In this document: positions 54,656-62,933 of the stretch, piece by piece
Position numbering within the stretch: the stretch's first letter is position 1
How the letters are laid out: the number at the start of each line of letters is the position of its first letter
Virus record (IMG/VR): IMGVR_UViG_3300032236_000718
Span: 1-64,000 of that record
Direction: 5' to 3' (one strand)
DNA length: 64,000 nucleotides
Source: a virus
Translations under genes and position numbers: made by a program
The notes under the pieces: generated by a model
The model's input: the letters and a program-made list of their open reading frames with translations, nothing else
Told to the model about the DNA's origin: nothing
Databases searched by the model: none

Positions 54656-54915
54656 GACTCGCAGAGCGAATGCTAGAGATGAGCCGCGGCATCGACCTAG
54701 ACCTTCGGGAGCTAGCTCGAGCCGCCTACTACATCGATCAGCTAGAGGCTAAGGTCGCGCAGCTGACAGCCGAGCTGGACAGCTATACTGTAAAGGATGT
54801 TACAGAAGAGGTCATGGACGTGGCCTACTACGATAACCTTCTCAAGCCTGTAATTACAGACGATGAGGAGAGACTCGCTAAGGCCAAGGAGTATGCTGAG
54901 AAGGGAATAGGATAA
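54652..54915 (+). CDS. Hypothetical protein
   Basis: GGAG RBS, GTGA overlap. Confidence 0.65.
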   Translation: MRLAERMLEMSRGIDLDLRELARAAYYIDQLEAKVAQLTAELDSYTVKDVTEEVMDVAYYDNLLKPVITDDEERLAKAKEYAEKGIG

Positions 54916-55205
54916 TGAACCGTCGTAGTCTATTTGGTGCTATTGCACTATCACCGCTCATGGTGGCTACCTCCTTTGCTAAGGAAGAGGTAACTGGTCA
55001 ACCGCTGAGTGAGTCTGTCAACCTCACACTACTCGCCGCTAAGAAGCCTGACGGTGAGATGATGCGACTCAGTAACGGACCACTTGTATCTTTTAATATG
55101 CCTCAAACTGATCCGGACAAAGCTGTATCTATGGCGGTAGGAGACGACGGTAACCTCTGGCTAAAGCGTAAAGACGGCCAGTGGAAGAGAGTAGCCACCG
55201 AGTAA
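54915..55205 (+). CDS. Exported protein with Tat-like signal
   Basis: MNRRSLF twin-arginine motif, h-region, SFA cleavage site. Confidence 0.65.
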   Translation: MNRRSLFGAIALSPLMVATSFAKEEVTGQPLSESVNLTLLAAKKPDGEMMRLSNGPLVSFNMPQTDPDKAVSMAVGDDGNLWLKRKDGQWKRVATE

Positions 55206-55230
55206 TAAATATCCCCGAAAGGGGATTATC

Positions 55231-55464
55231 ATGCCTGTCACCTGCGACTACCTCGCAGTGCAGTGGGATAATACAACATGGGTACGGCACGAGATGTGCC
55301 AATTCGCCAAGAGACAAGACGGCGTTGACGGTGTCTATATAGGTGCACGCTTAGAGTTTAGACCTATACTGTCAATGGACCAGGGCAAGTGCGTGGACAT
55401 GGACAAGCAGACCCATGCTCGTTACAAGATAGGTGACGTGGAGTGGGTTTGCGTAGTTAGGTAA
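55231..55464 (+). CDS. Hypothetical protein
   Basis: Follows TAATAAATA and hairpin ATCCCC-GAAA-GGGGAT. Confidence 0.6.
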   Translation: MPVTCDYLAVQWDNTTWVRHEMCQFAKRQDGVDGVYIGARLEFRPILSMDQGKCVDMDKQTHARYKIGDVEWVCVVR

Positions 55465-55473
55465 GGTATATTA

Positions 55474-56643
55474 ATGGCGCTATACATAGACCCAGATAGG
55501 GTAAGAGAGATCTCCAAGAAACTAAAGACCGGTAAAGTGTACTCTATACAGTCGACCGATGTTGTAGAACACGCCTCCGCATATGCTGCATATAGGGAAG
55601 TCGGAGGACGCGTAATGGTATTGCCTCCACATCTTACGAACGAGTACAAACAATTTGTTCAGGAATATGTCGATGACGAGTCGCAGTACGGGACTAGTGG
55701 TGTTATCGTCATGACTTCCGGTACGACTGGAAACCCCAAGATAGTAATACACAACCTAGATTCTTTTCAAAGTTGTGATATCATGATCTCGGAGTGGGGA
55801 ATAGATGAGCACACTAATGTAATAGCTACTCCTCCACCATTCACCTCTTTTTTCTGGGCCTTAATGCATGCATCATACAACTTAAACGGTTGCTCTAGAG
55901 CTATTCACGCTACTAGAGATACATTAGTAGACATTGTTGAGGAGTCTAGAGGTAGTAAATTCATCATGTTAGCCTCTCCAGGATTATTAGACTTACTAGA
56001 GGCGTCTTCTACTCACATTGACTTCTCTGGTATGGAGAGGATGATGATGGGTGGAAGTAAGATGCTAGATAGACATGTAGACATTGCTTTTAGCAGAGGT
56101 GTCAACAAGATCGTATATCAATATGCTAGCACAGAGATTATTGGTGGCCTGTACAGCTATATCCATAAAGATACTCCCAGAGAGCACTATGAGACTCTGA
56201 GTGAATCCTCAATGGGTAAGACAATACGTATAGTAGATGGTCTTCTCATGGTAAAGGGTATTGGACTAGCCAAAAATCTTCATCTTGACGATCAGGGATA
56301 CTATAACACTGGAGATATGTTTAATGTCGAGAGTGATGGTCGATATAGGTTCTTGGGCCGTGTCGACGACATGATAAAGCTAAATGGACTAAAGTGCTTC
56401 CTTACTAAGATTGAGGAGGAGTGTGAGAGGATTGGTCTTATAAACACTCTCGCAGTACCGAGACAGAGGATGGGCGTAGAATATATAGAATTACAATATA
56501 CAGACTCTACTAGGACTATCGATATCCTCTCTCTAAAGAGGGAGTTAAAGGACCTGTTATTAGACCAAGAGATACCTCGAGCCTACACTAAGGTCGACAG
56601 CATTAAAAAGACTCCTCTCGGTAAGAAGATTAGGAGACTTTAA
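55474..56643 (+). CDS. ANL-superfamily adenylate-forming enzyme (acyl-CoA synthetase-like)
   Basis: MTSGTTGNPK, YASTE, YNTGD, FLGRVDDMIKLNG, KTPLGKK. Confidence 0.88.
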   Translation: MALYIDPDRVREISKKLKTGKVYSIQSTDVVEHASAYAAYREVGGRVMVLPPHLTNEYKQFVQEYVDDESQYGTSGVIVMTSGTTGNPKIVIHNLDSFQSCDIMISEWGIDEHTNVIATPPPFTSFFWALMHASYNLNGCSRAIHATRDTLVDIVEESRGSKFIMLASPGLLDLLEASSTHIDFSGMERMMMGGSKMLDRHVDIAFSRGVNKIVYQYASTEIIGGLYSYIHKDTPREHYETLSESSMGKTIRIVDGLLMVKGIGLAKNLHLDDQGYYNTGDMFNVESDGRYRFLGRVDDMIKLNGLKCFLTKIEEECERIGLINTLAVPRQRMGVEYIELQYTDSTRTIDILSLKRELKDLLLDQEIPRAYTKVDSIKKTPLGKKIRRL

Positions 56644-56651
56644 AATAGTTG

Positions 56652-56680
56652 TGTACAAAATCCCCATCTTGGTATAATAT
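56652..56680 (+). promoter_or_regulatory. Early promoter TGTACA-N17-TATAAT
   Basis: AAAATAGTTG-TGTACA motif. Confidence 0.8.
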
Positions 56681-56706
56681 CAAAATATAACCAAGGAGAC
56701 ACACAC

Positions 56707-57813
56707 ATGGTCAGAGGCGTAAATCTAAAGGGTAAGCCCAAGCAGAAGGTAGCTCGTAAGACAAAGTCCGAGCAGTACCTCGTTAACTTCAAGTATCTAG
56801 GCGACGAGCCAGACTCCAACTTCAAGACAGTGTCCGATCAGATCCGTGCCTTTAACTGGTACAACGCCATGTGTGAGATGGATGAGGCACGCGCGTATCT
56901 TAACGACTACCTGACAATCACGAACCGTACAGACCTATCCAAGAAACTGGATAAGGTCCCAGACTCGTTCTTCCCTACCACAGCCGCGTGGATGGCACGT
57001 ATCGCGCAGCGCAAGAAGTCCTCCATCGAGCCGCACGAGTATGACAAGTTCATGGGCCTAATCGAGACCTCTATCTCTCACGTCAAGGAAGAGAAGGCAG
57101 AGACTAAGAAGGTCGACAAGCCAAACATTCAGGATCGTATTCGCGAGCGTGGTTACGACATCATCGGCGACATCGAGGAGATGATTGATAAGGGAGAGGC
57201 ATTCTCGCTATATGAGTGGCTCAAGAAAAATGAGATCCCTGCTATGTACGCTACAAAGATTGGCGACTACTATGGCGCTGTCTGGAAAGAGATCGTCGAT
57301 GCCCAGTCAGGAACTATCGACGGCTACGAGAAGTGGACAAAGGCTCAGCTCAAGGCACGAGTAGCTTTCTACCTACAACTCATCGACGACGCTGAGCGAT
57401 ATGGCGACAACACTAAGAAGACACGAGCACCTCGTAAGAAGAAAGCTCCGACTACAGAGAAGCTGCTCAAGAACTTCAAATATCAGAAAGAGAGCAATGA
57501 GCATAAGCTTACATCTATTAATCCGGAGTCTATCATTGGTGCAAAGACTCTTTGGACTTTTAATACGAGGTATAGCACTCTTAGTGTTTATAATGCTATG
57601 GGTCCCAGTGGTCTCAGTGTTCGCGGCACTACCCTTACTAATTTTGATGAGTCAAGTTCTAAGGCTATTCAAATAGGTCGTAAGACACAAGAGCGCATCG
57701 AGACTGTACTGAAAGGTGGCAAGATCGTAGTCAAGCGTCTCATTGAGGAGATGAAGAATGACGTTAATGGTCGCATCAATGAGAATACTATTCTATTAAA
57801 GGTGATCAAATGA
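56707..57813 (+). CDS. Conserved T4-like hypothetical protein
   Basis: AFNWYN..SINPESIIGA..LWTFNT..GLSVRGTTL..GRINENTILL. Confidence 0.85.
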   Translation: MVRGVNLKGKPKQKVARKTKSEQYLVNFKYLGDEPDSNFKTVSDQIRAFNWYNAMCEMDEARAYLNDYLTITNRTDLSKKLDKVPDSFFPTTAAWMARIAQRKKSSIEPHEYDKFMGLIETSISHVKEEKAETKKVDKPNIQDRIRERGYDIIGDIEEMIDKGEAFSLYEWLKKNEIPAMYATKIGDYYGAVWKEIVDAQSGTIDGYEKWTKAQLKARVAFYLQLIDDAERYGDNTKKTRAPRKKKAPTTEKLLKNFKYQKESNEHKLTSINPESIIGAKTLWTFNTRYSTLSVYNAMGPSGLSVRGTTLTNFDESSSKAIQIGRKTQERIETVLKGGKIVVKRLIEEMKNDVNGRINENTILLKVIK

Positions 57814-58244
57814 AGATACTAAATGAGTGTAGCTTTATCAAGCCAGAGAACATCGCTAAGATTGAGGAGCAATATAAGGCTACGTACGTGTTCGAGACGT
57901 GCCTGCGTGCACGTGAGGGCGGGTGGGCAAACTTCCCTGCAGCGGTCTTCTATCAAGAAGAGATTTATCCTGGTGGTTCGAACTACTTTGCCCTGTATTA
58001 CGACATGGATGGTAAACTATACATCACTGACGCCGGTCCCTCTATCATCGATGAGGAGTTTACAGGCCTAGAGGCTGAGGGCGAGGTAGTATACTCTCGC
58101 TATAGACACGACTATCGTGCAGGAAAGAATGGAGCATATGTAGACGGTGGACGAGATTATTTTAAGTATGGGGGCGATTCTTTTGATGATTACAATATTG
58201 TCAAGTTTAAAGTGGTAGACGATCACCTTGAAATTGTAAAATAA
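57810..58244 (+). CDS. Hypothetical protein
   Basis: YSRYRHDYR..VDGGRDY. Confidence 0.8.
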   Translation: MKILNECSFIKPENIAKIEEQYKATYVFETCLRAREGGWANFPAAVFYQEEIYPGGSNYFALYYDMDGKLYITDAGPSIIDEEFTGLEAEGEVVYSRYRHDYRAGKNGAYVDGGRDYFKYGGDSFDDYNIVKFKVVDDHLEIVK

Positions 58245-58247
58245 GTG

Positions 58248-58279
58248 TGTACAAAATATCACACTGTGTGTTATAAATA
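58248..58279 (+). promoter_or_regulatory. Composite early (TGTACA) and late (TATAAATA) promoter of the tmRNA
   Basis: TGTACA at 58248, TATAAATA at 58272. Confidence 0.7.
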
Positions 58280-58284
58280 ATATA

Positions 58285-58597
58285 TGCTGTTGTTGATGAC
58301 GAAAGCAGAATAGACATACTGGACGCGGGGGCGGTACCCGCCCGGTCCACCATGGATACACAAACACCCTGCGAGATTGTTGCTTTAGGGTAGGGTGACA
58401 AGAAATAGAACAGCAACTAATACTTGTTTTATTTGTGTATCTTTGATGGGCCGGAAATTAGGATCGACAGGTGTGTTAAAAGCGGACCGAGACAGAAGCA
58501 TAAATAAGTTATCTGCAAACGATAATTCACCTATTGAAATGCGCCTAGCGGCATAATTTCTTGGGTTGGCAACTTACCTCGAAACAGAAAAGTTGCA
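58285..58597 (+). ncRNA. ssrA: Circularly permuted two-piece tmRNA, tag ANDNSPIEMRLAA
   Basis: Acceptor piece ends CCGGTCC-ACCA (58352); coding piece starts GGGCCGG-AAATTAGGATCGAC (58448) giving G3:U70; tag at 58515-58556. Outer ends are approximate. Confidence 0.92.
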
Positions 58598-58629
58598 CTT
58601 CACACAAACAACAAACACAGGAGACTACA

Positions 58630-58845
58630 ATGACAAAAACACCTTTTGAGATTCGTTTTGATCTTCTCAACTATGCGATGAGCCAGCTAACTGGCGAGTA
58701 TTATGCAGCCTTGGAGCGCATACGAGAGTCAACACAAGAAAATTCACCAGCTCGAAACGATGCGGTAAATCAATTAAAATATCCTACTAAGAGTGACATC
58801 ATCCTTTTAGCAGAGGATTTAAAAGCCTTCATTGACAAAAAGTAA
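58630..58845 (+). CDS. Hypothetical protein
   Basis: KTPFEIR.DLL..YPT..DI...AE.L..F; AGGAGAC RBS. Confidence 0.75.
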   Translation: MTKTPFEIRFDLLNYAMSQLTGEYYAALERIRESTQENSPARNDAVNQLKYPTKSDIILLAEDLKAFIDKK

Positions 58846-58846
58846 T

Positions 58847-58923
58847 GGTCTCATAGCTCAGCTGTATAGAGCAGCCGCCTTCTAAGCGGCAGGTCGTTGG
58901 TTAGAGTCCAACTGAGATCACCA
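58847..58923 (+). tRNA. tRNA-Arg(TCT)
   Basis: Arm GCCGC-CTTCTAA-GCGGC; variant T loop TTAGAGT; ACCA. Confidence 0.92.
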
Positions 58924-58939
58924 ATGTGGAGTTCTGGGT

Positions 58940-59110
58940 ATGAATGACTTGAGTAACTACTCCGTCGATGTCTTAAAGAAGACATGCTTTCAAGATGAGT
59001 TGTCAAGCTTAAGAGTTAAGTACCCAGAACCCGATAATTTAACACGCATCATTATGGATTACCTTGATCAGCGCATCAAGGAGATCGACAAAAAATATAA
59101 GATAAAGTGA
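58940..59110 (+). CDS. 56-aa hypothetical protein, not in the ORF track
   Basis: GGAG RBS; open frame MNDLSNYS..YLDQRIKEIDKKYKIK. Confidence 0.55.
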   Translation: MNDLSNYSVDVLKKTCFQDELSSLRVKYPEPDNLTRIIMDYLDQRIKEIDKKYKIK

Positions 59111-59121
59111 AAGGATACCTT

Positions 59122-60669
59122 ATGAAGTTCTTGAGCATTCGCGATGGACATGACTGCAATATCTCCTACTCTGATGGCAAGACCGTAAGGTACATCAAGT
59201 TCGAGCGCAACTATCAGAAGAAGCACTACAACTGGGGCCACGAGGAAGGCGACCAGATGGAGTTCTTACTTAAAGAAGCTCAGCGTATCTGGGGTATCGA
59301 CTTCCGCGATCTCAACGGCATCGCTCTAGTAAACGACAACGCTCATCATAAGCTCGATCGCGACATCGCTCTCAATGAGATGTATTACGTTATCGACAAA
59401 GAGAAGAACCCATTCTGGGCACAGTTCAACTGTCAAGTCTTTAAGATCGATCACCACTACGCACACATGATGAGTTGCTGGCCACTTGTAAATGTACAAG
59501 ACGTGCGCACTCACTTTGTCGTCGACGGTCTAGGTGACCATGCTCGTAACACCGCAGTGTTCCAAGATAACGATCTTGTCGACTTCATCGATCGCTCTCA
59601 GAACCTTGGCATCTCTGTCATTCTCGAGCACATCGGTCAAAACTATGGCATGAAGGGAATGGTTCTCGACATCTCTGGTAAGGTTATGGCTCTCAAGTCG
59701 TATCATCAGGTTCCGGACCAATTAGCATTCGACGCTATGAACCTTGCTAAGTATCTTGGCCTTCGTAACCTCAACCACTTCATTGAGATCTCTAAGCAGC
59801 TTCAAGGATATATTGATCCACTACCGAGCGAGCAACAGCAGCTAGTCAACCTAGCTTATCTCTTGCACGTGTTTGGTGAGGAGAAGATGCCACAGTACTT
59901 CCGTCAGTTCGCTAAGCGCGATGAGGTCATTACGTATTCTGGTGGCACTGCACAGAACACTGTCATCAACACAAAGATCAAGGAAGCTTTCCCTAACTCT
60001 CATATTCCTCCTCACTGCTACGATGGTGGTCTGTCGCTTGGCGGTGTTGAGTTCCTTCGCCAACTATTTCAACAGGATCTATTTGATAACTCTAACTTCC
60101 CTTACTGGCAGTCAGATGAGGCTCCTGCCTCTACTCCATCTGCTGCTACTATCGATAAAACTGCTGAGCTTCTAGCTCAGGGTAAGATCGTTGGTTGGTA
60201 TCAGGGCAATGGTGAGATTGGCCCTCGCGCACTCGGTAATCGCTCGATCTTGATGGATCCATCTATTAAGGATGGTAAAGACATCATCAATACAAAAGTA
60301 AAGAAGCGTGAACCATATCGACCTTTCGGAGCATCTGTTCTCGCGAAATATGCTGGACAACACTTCGATGTCGACTATGAGTCTCCCTACATGCTCCACG
60401 TAGTCAATTGCCTCACCGATGACTTCCCTTCAATTCAACATGTTGACAAGACCTGCCGTATCCAGACAGTCAATGAGGATTCACAGTACTCTGTCTATCA
60501 TTCCATCATCGATAAGTTCCGCGAGAAGACTGGCATTCCTATGCTACTCAATACGAGCTTGAACGTTGATGGTAAGCCTATTGCTGGCTACATGGAAGAT
60601 GCTAAGACCTTGTTTAATGACTCTGACCTAGATGCAGTAGTCATTGGTGACGATATTATGGTTAAATAA
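59122..60669 (+). CDS. Carbamoyltransferase (NodU/CmcH/TobZ family)
   Basis: HD, ER, DHHYAH, DGLGD, GKVMAL, SGG.AQN, GPRALGNRS, KKREPYRPF, LNTSLN. Confidence 0.93.
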   Translation: MKFLSIRDGHDCNISYSDGKTVRYIKFERNYQKKHYNWGHEEGDQMEFLLKEAQRIWGIDFRDLNGIALVNDNAHHKLDRDIALNEMYYVIDKEKNPFWAQFNCQVFKIDHHYAHMMSCWPLVNVQDVRTHFVVDGLGDHARNTAVFQDNDLVDFIDRSQNLGISVILEHIGQNYGMKGMVLDISGKVMALKSYHQVPDQLAFDAMNLAKYLGLRNLNHFIEISKQLQGYIDPLPSEQQQLVNLAYLLHVFGEEKMPQYFRQFAKRDEVITYSGGTAQNTVINTKIKEAFPNSHIPPHCYDGGLSLGGVEFLRQLFQQDLFDNSNFPYWQSDEAPASTPSAATIDKTAELLAQGKIVGWYQGNGEIGPRALGNRSILMDPSIKDGKDIINTKVKKREPYRPFGASVLAKYAGQHFDVDYESPYMLHVVNCLTDDFPSIQHVDKTCRIQTVNEDSQYSVYHSIIDKFREKTGIPMLLNTSLNVDGKPIAGYMEDAKTLFNDSDLDAVVIGDDIMVK

Positions 60670-60673
60670 TATT

Positions 60674-60765
60674 GGGGGTGGGTGTTGGTACACAGGGAGG
60701 CCTTATAAGCCTTTCAGCGGCAGATTACCGTTCTCGAGGGGGTTCGAATCCCTCCACCCCTACCA
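60674..60765 (+). tRNA. Non-canonical tRNA with TAT anticodon and long variable arm
   Basis: Acceptor GGGGGTG/CACCCCT, D arm GTGT-TGGT-ACAC, arm GGAGGC-CTTATAA-GCCTTT, variable arm AGCGG/CCGTT, TTCGAAT loop, ACCA. Confidence 0.82.
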
Positions 60766-60782
60766 AATTCTAGGAGATAGTT

Positions 60783-61079
60783 ATGCCGACTATTACTACT
60801 GATGTTGATTTTGATCTAGACAACATCGATGACTATGAGCTCATAGATGAGCTAGAGAGTCGTGGATATGATGTTATTGAGAGAGGTAGATCAGATGAGG
60901 ACCTCATAGAGATTCTAGAAGGTCATGGATTTACAGTATACGGCACGGGTCATAAGCCAAACATTACAAGATACTATGTCGAAAAGCTCTATGATACATA
61001 CAAGACAATGTCTCCCGAGTTTTTTCAGAAAGAGCTAAAGAAATTCTTTCGTGAACATCTAGAAACGACAGATTACTAA
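60783..61079 (+). CDS. Hypothetical acidic protein
   Basis: AGGAG RBS; repeated D.ELI.ELE..G..V. Confidence 0.75.
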   Translation: MPTITTDVDFDLDNIDDYELIDELESRGYDVIERGRSDEDLIEILEGHGFTVYGTGHKPNITRYYVEKLYDTYKTMSPEFFQKELKKFFREHLETTDY

Positions 61080-61082
61080 TTC

Positions 61083-61158
61083 GGGGCTATAGCTCAATGG
61101 TTAGAGCCGGCCGCTCATAACGGTCTGGTTCCAGGTTCGAGTCCTGGTGGCCCCACCA
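61083..61158 (+). tRNA. tRNA-Ile2(CAT), lysidine type (Met not excluded)
   Basis: Arm GGCCG-CTCATAA-CGGTC as recalled for alphaproteobacterial Ile2; canonical fold, ACCA. Confidence 0.8.
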
Positions 61159-61174
61159 AAATTAAAGGAATGAC

Positions 61175-61402
61175 ATGAAGGTAAATTTCGATCTATCTAA
61201 GTTCATGGAAGATATTGACACCATGAGACGCAGAACCAATGTCGAGTACATTGATGCTGTTGTTTTCTGGTGTGAGAAGAATAATGTTGAGGTTGAGTAT
61301 GTTGCATCTGTCATTAAGAAAGATCCAGTCTTCAAATCAAAAATACTCATGGAGGCTGAGGAGCTTAACTTTATAAAGAAAACCGCTAGCTTACCTTTCT
61401 AG
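61175..61402 (+). CDS. gp33: Late transcription co-activator
   Basis: YIDAVV.WCE.N..E.E....K.KI..EA.ELNF.K..A.LP; position before gp32. Confidence 0.85.
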   Translation: MKVNFDLSKFMEDIDTMRRRTNVEYIDAVVFWCEKNNVEVEYVASVIKKDPVFKSKILMEAEELNFIKKTASLPF

Positions 61403-61431
61403 TGTACATATCTACAACAGCGTGATATATT
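61403..61431 (+). promoter_or_regulatory. Early promoter TGTACA-N17-TATATT
   Basis: Recurring motif. Confidence 0.7.
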
Positions 61432-61450
61432 AAGATTATAGGAGACATGC

Positions 61451-61903
61451 GTGTTGATAGAGATCAAGGGTAAGGCAAAACATCTTAAGAAAAAAGATAT
61501 ACGTAAAGCAGCTGAGCTGTATGCAGAGTATCTTTTATCTGAAAAGCTTAGCTCACAGATTGAGCTAAAGATTATCCTATCTAAGAAGCATCTAGCTAAA
61601 GGTATTGATGGATACTGTGACTGGATGGATAATAATAAGTCACCTCGCATATTTGAGATAGTAGTAAGACCTTCTCTAAAAGCTGAAGATCTATTGCAAC
61701 TACTAGCTCATGAGATGGTTCATCTTAAGCAGTTCGCTAAGAATGAATTATTTGACTACTCGCGTGGTTCGAAGTGTCGCTTTAATGGAAAGATCTATGA
61801 TCGCGACGAGATAGACTACTGGTTCCTTCCTTGGGAGATTGAGGCTTACGGGCGCGAGCGTGGGCTTTATATGAAATATCTCGACTCTAAGAAGGATAAA
61901 TAA
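61451..61903 (+). CDS. Zincin-like metallopeptidase
   Basis: LAHEMVHLKQ (HExxH) and PWEIEAY. Confidence 0.8.
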   Translation: MLIEIKGKAKHLKKKDIRKAAELYAEYLLSEKLSSQIELKIILSKKHLAKGIDGYCDWMDNNKSPRIFEIVVRPSLKAEDLLQLLAHEMVHLKQFAKNELFDYSRGSKCRFNGKIYDRDEIDYWFLPWEIEAYGRERGLYMKYLDSKKDK

Positions 61904-61966
61904 GTTTGAGCGCTACACAGCTCAAACAATAAAATACGATCAATATTATTAATACGGAGAATACAT

Positions 61967-62884
61967 ATGGACTTTAGTCAACTTAAATCAAATTCAGGTA
62001 AGTCGTCACTCGAGCGTCTTACCGCAGAGCTAACAAAGCTCCAAACCGGCGGTAAAACAGAGAACCGCAAAGATGACCGCTTCTGGTACCCTAATGTAGA
62101 TAAGGCAGGCAACGGCTATGCAGTTATCCGCTTCTTACCACCTCCTCAGGGCGAGGATATGCCATTCGTTCGCCTCTTCGAGCACGGATTTAAGGGTCCA
62201 ACCGGTTCATGGTACATCGAGAATTCACTTACGACACTCGGCAAACAAGACCCAGTCGGTGAACTTAATTCTCAGCTCTGGAACTCAGGACTCGACTCAG
62301 ACAAAGAGATAGCTCGCGCACAGAAACGTAAGCTCAACTTTATCTCTAACGTCTATGTCATTACTGACCAACAGAACCCCGAGAACGAAGGCAAGGTGTT
62401 CTTGTTCAAGTATGGCAAGAAGATCTTTGATAAGCTCAATGAGGCAATGAACCCAGAGTTTGCCGATGAAGACGCTATGAACCCATTTGACTTATGGGCT
62501 GGTGCTAACTTCAAGCTTAAGATTCGTAATGTCGAGGGATATCGTAACTACGATAAGTCAGAGTTTGCTAAGCCAGGTCCTCTCGCTGAAGATAGTGAGA
62601 TGGAGTCAATCTGGAAGCAGGAACACTCTCTTCAAGAGTTTCTTGACCCCAAGAACTTCAAGTCTTATGATGAACTCAAGGCTAAGTTAAACAAGGTGCT
62701 TGGTCGCGACGACTCGACACTCGGTATGACTCCAGCAGCTGCTCGCGCTAAGGCTGCACCTTCTCTCGGTGATGACTATGATGCGCCGGAGACGTCTGCT
62801 CCAGCATTTAAGTCCGCACCTGCTCCTATCGCAGATGACGATGACGATGATGGATTGGAGTTCTTTAAGAGCTTAGCTAGGTGA
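61967..62884 (+). CDS. gp32: Single-stranded DNA-binding protein
   Basis: DKAGNGYAVIRFLP, WYIENSLTT, YGKKIFDK, NYDKSEF, acidic tail. Confidence 0.97.
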   Translation: MDFSQLKSNSGKSSLERLTAELTKLQTGGKTENRKDDRFWYPNVDKAGNGYAVIRFLPPPQGEDMPFVRLFEHGFKGPTGSWYIENSLTTLGKQDPVGELNSQLWNSGLDSDKEIARAQKRKLNFISNVYVITDQQNPENEGKVFLFKYGKKIFDKLNEAMNPEFADEDAMNPFDLWAGANFKLKIRNVEGYRNYDKSEFAKPGPLAEDSEMESIWKQEHSLQEFLDPKNFKSYDELKAKLNKVLGRDDSTLGMTPAAARAKAAPSLGDDYDAPETSAPAFKSAPAPIADDDDDDGLEFFKSLAR

Positions 62885-62910
62885 TTTGTTCCTTTAACAC
62901 CTAGGACACT

Positions 62911-62933
62911 GGGGAGCTTCGGCTCCCCTTTTT
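62911..62933 (+). terminator. Rho-independent terminator after gp32
   Basis: GGGGAGC-TTCG-GCTCCCC plus T-run. Confidence 0.9.
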
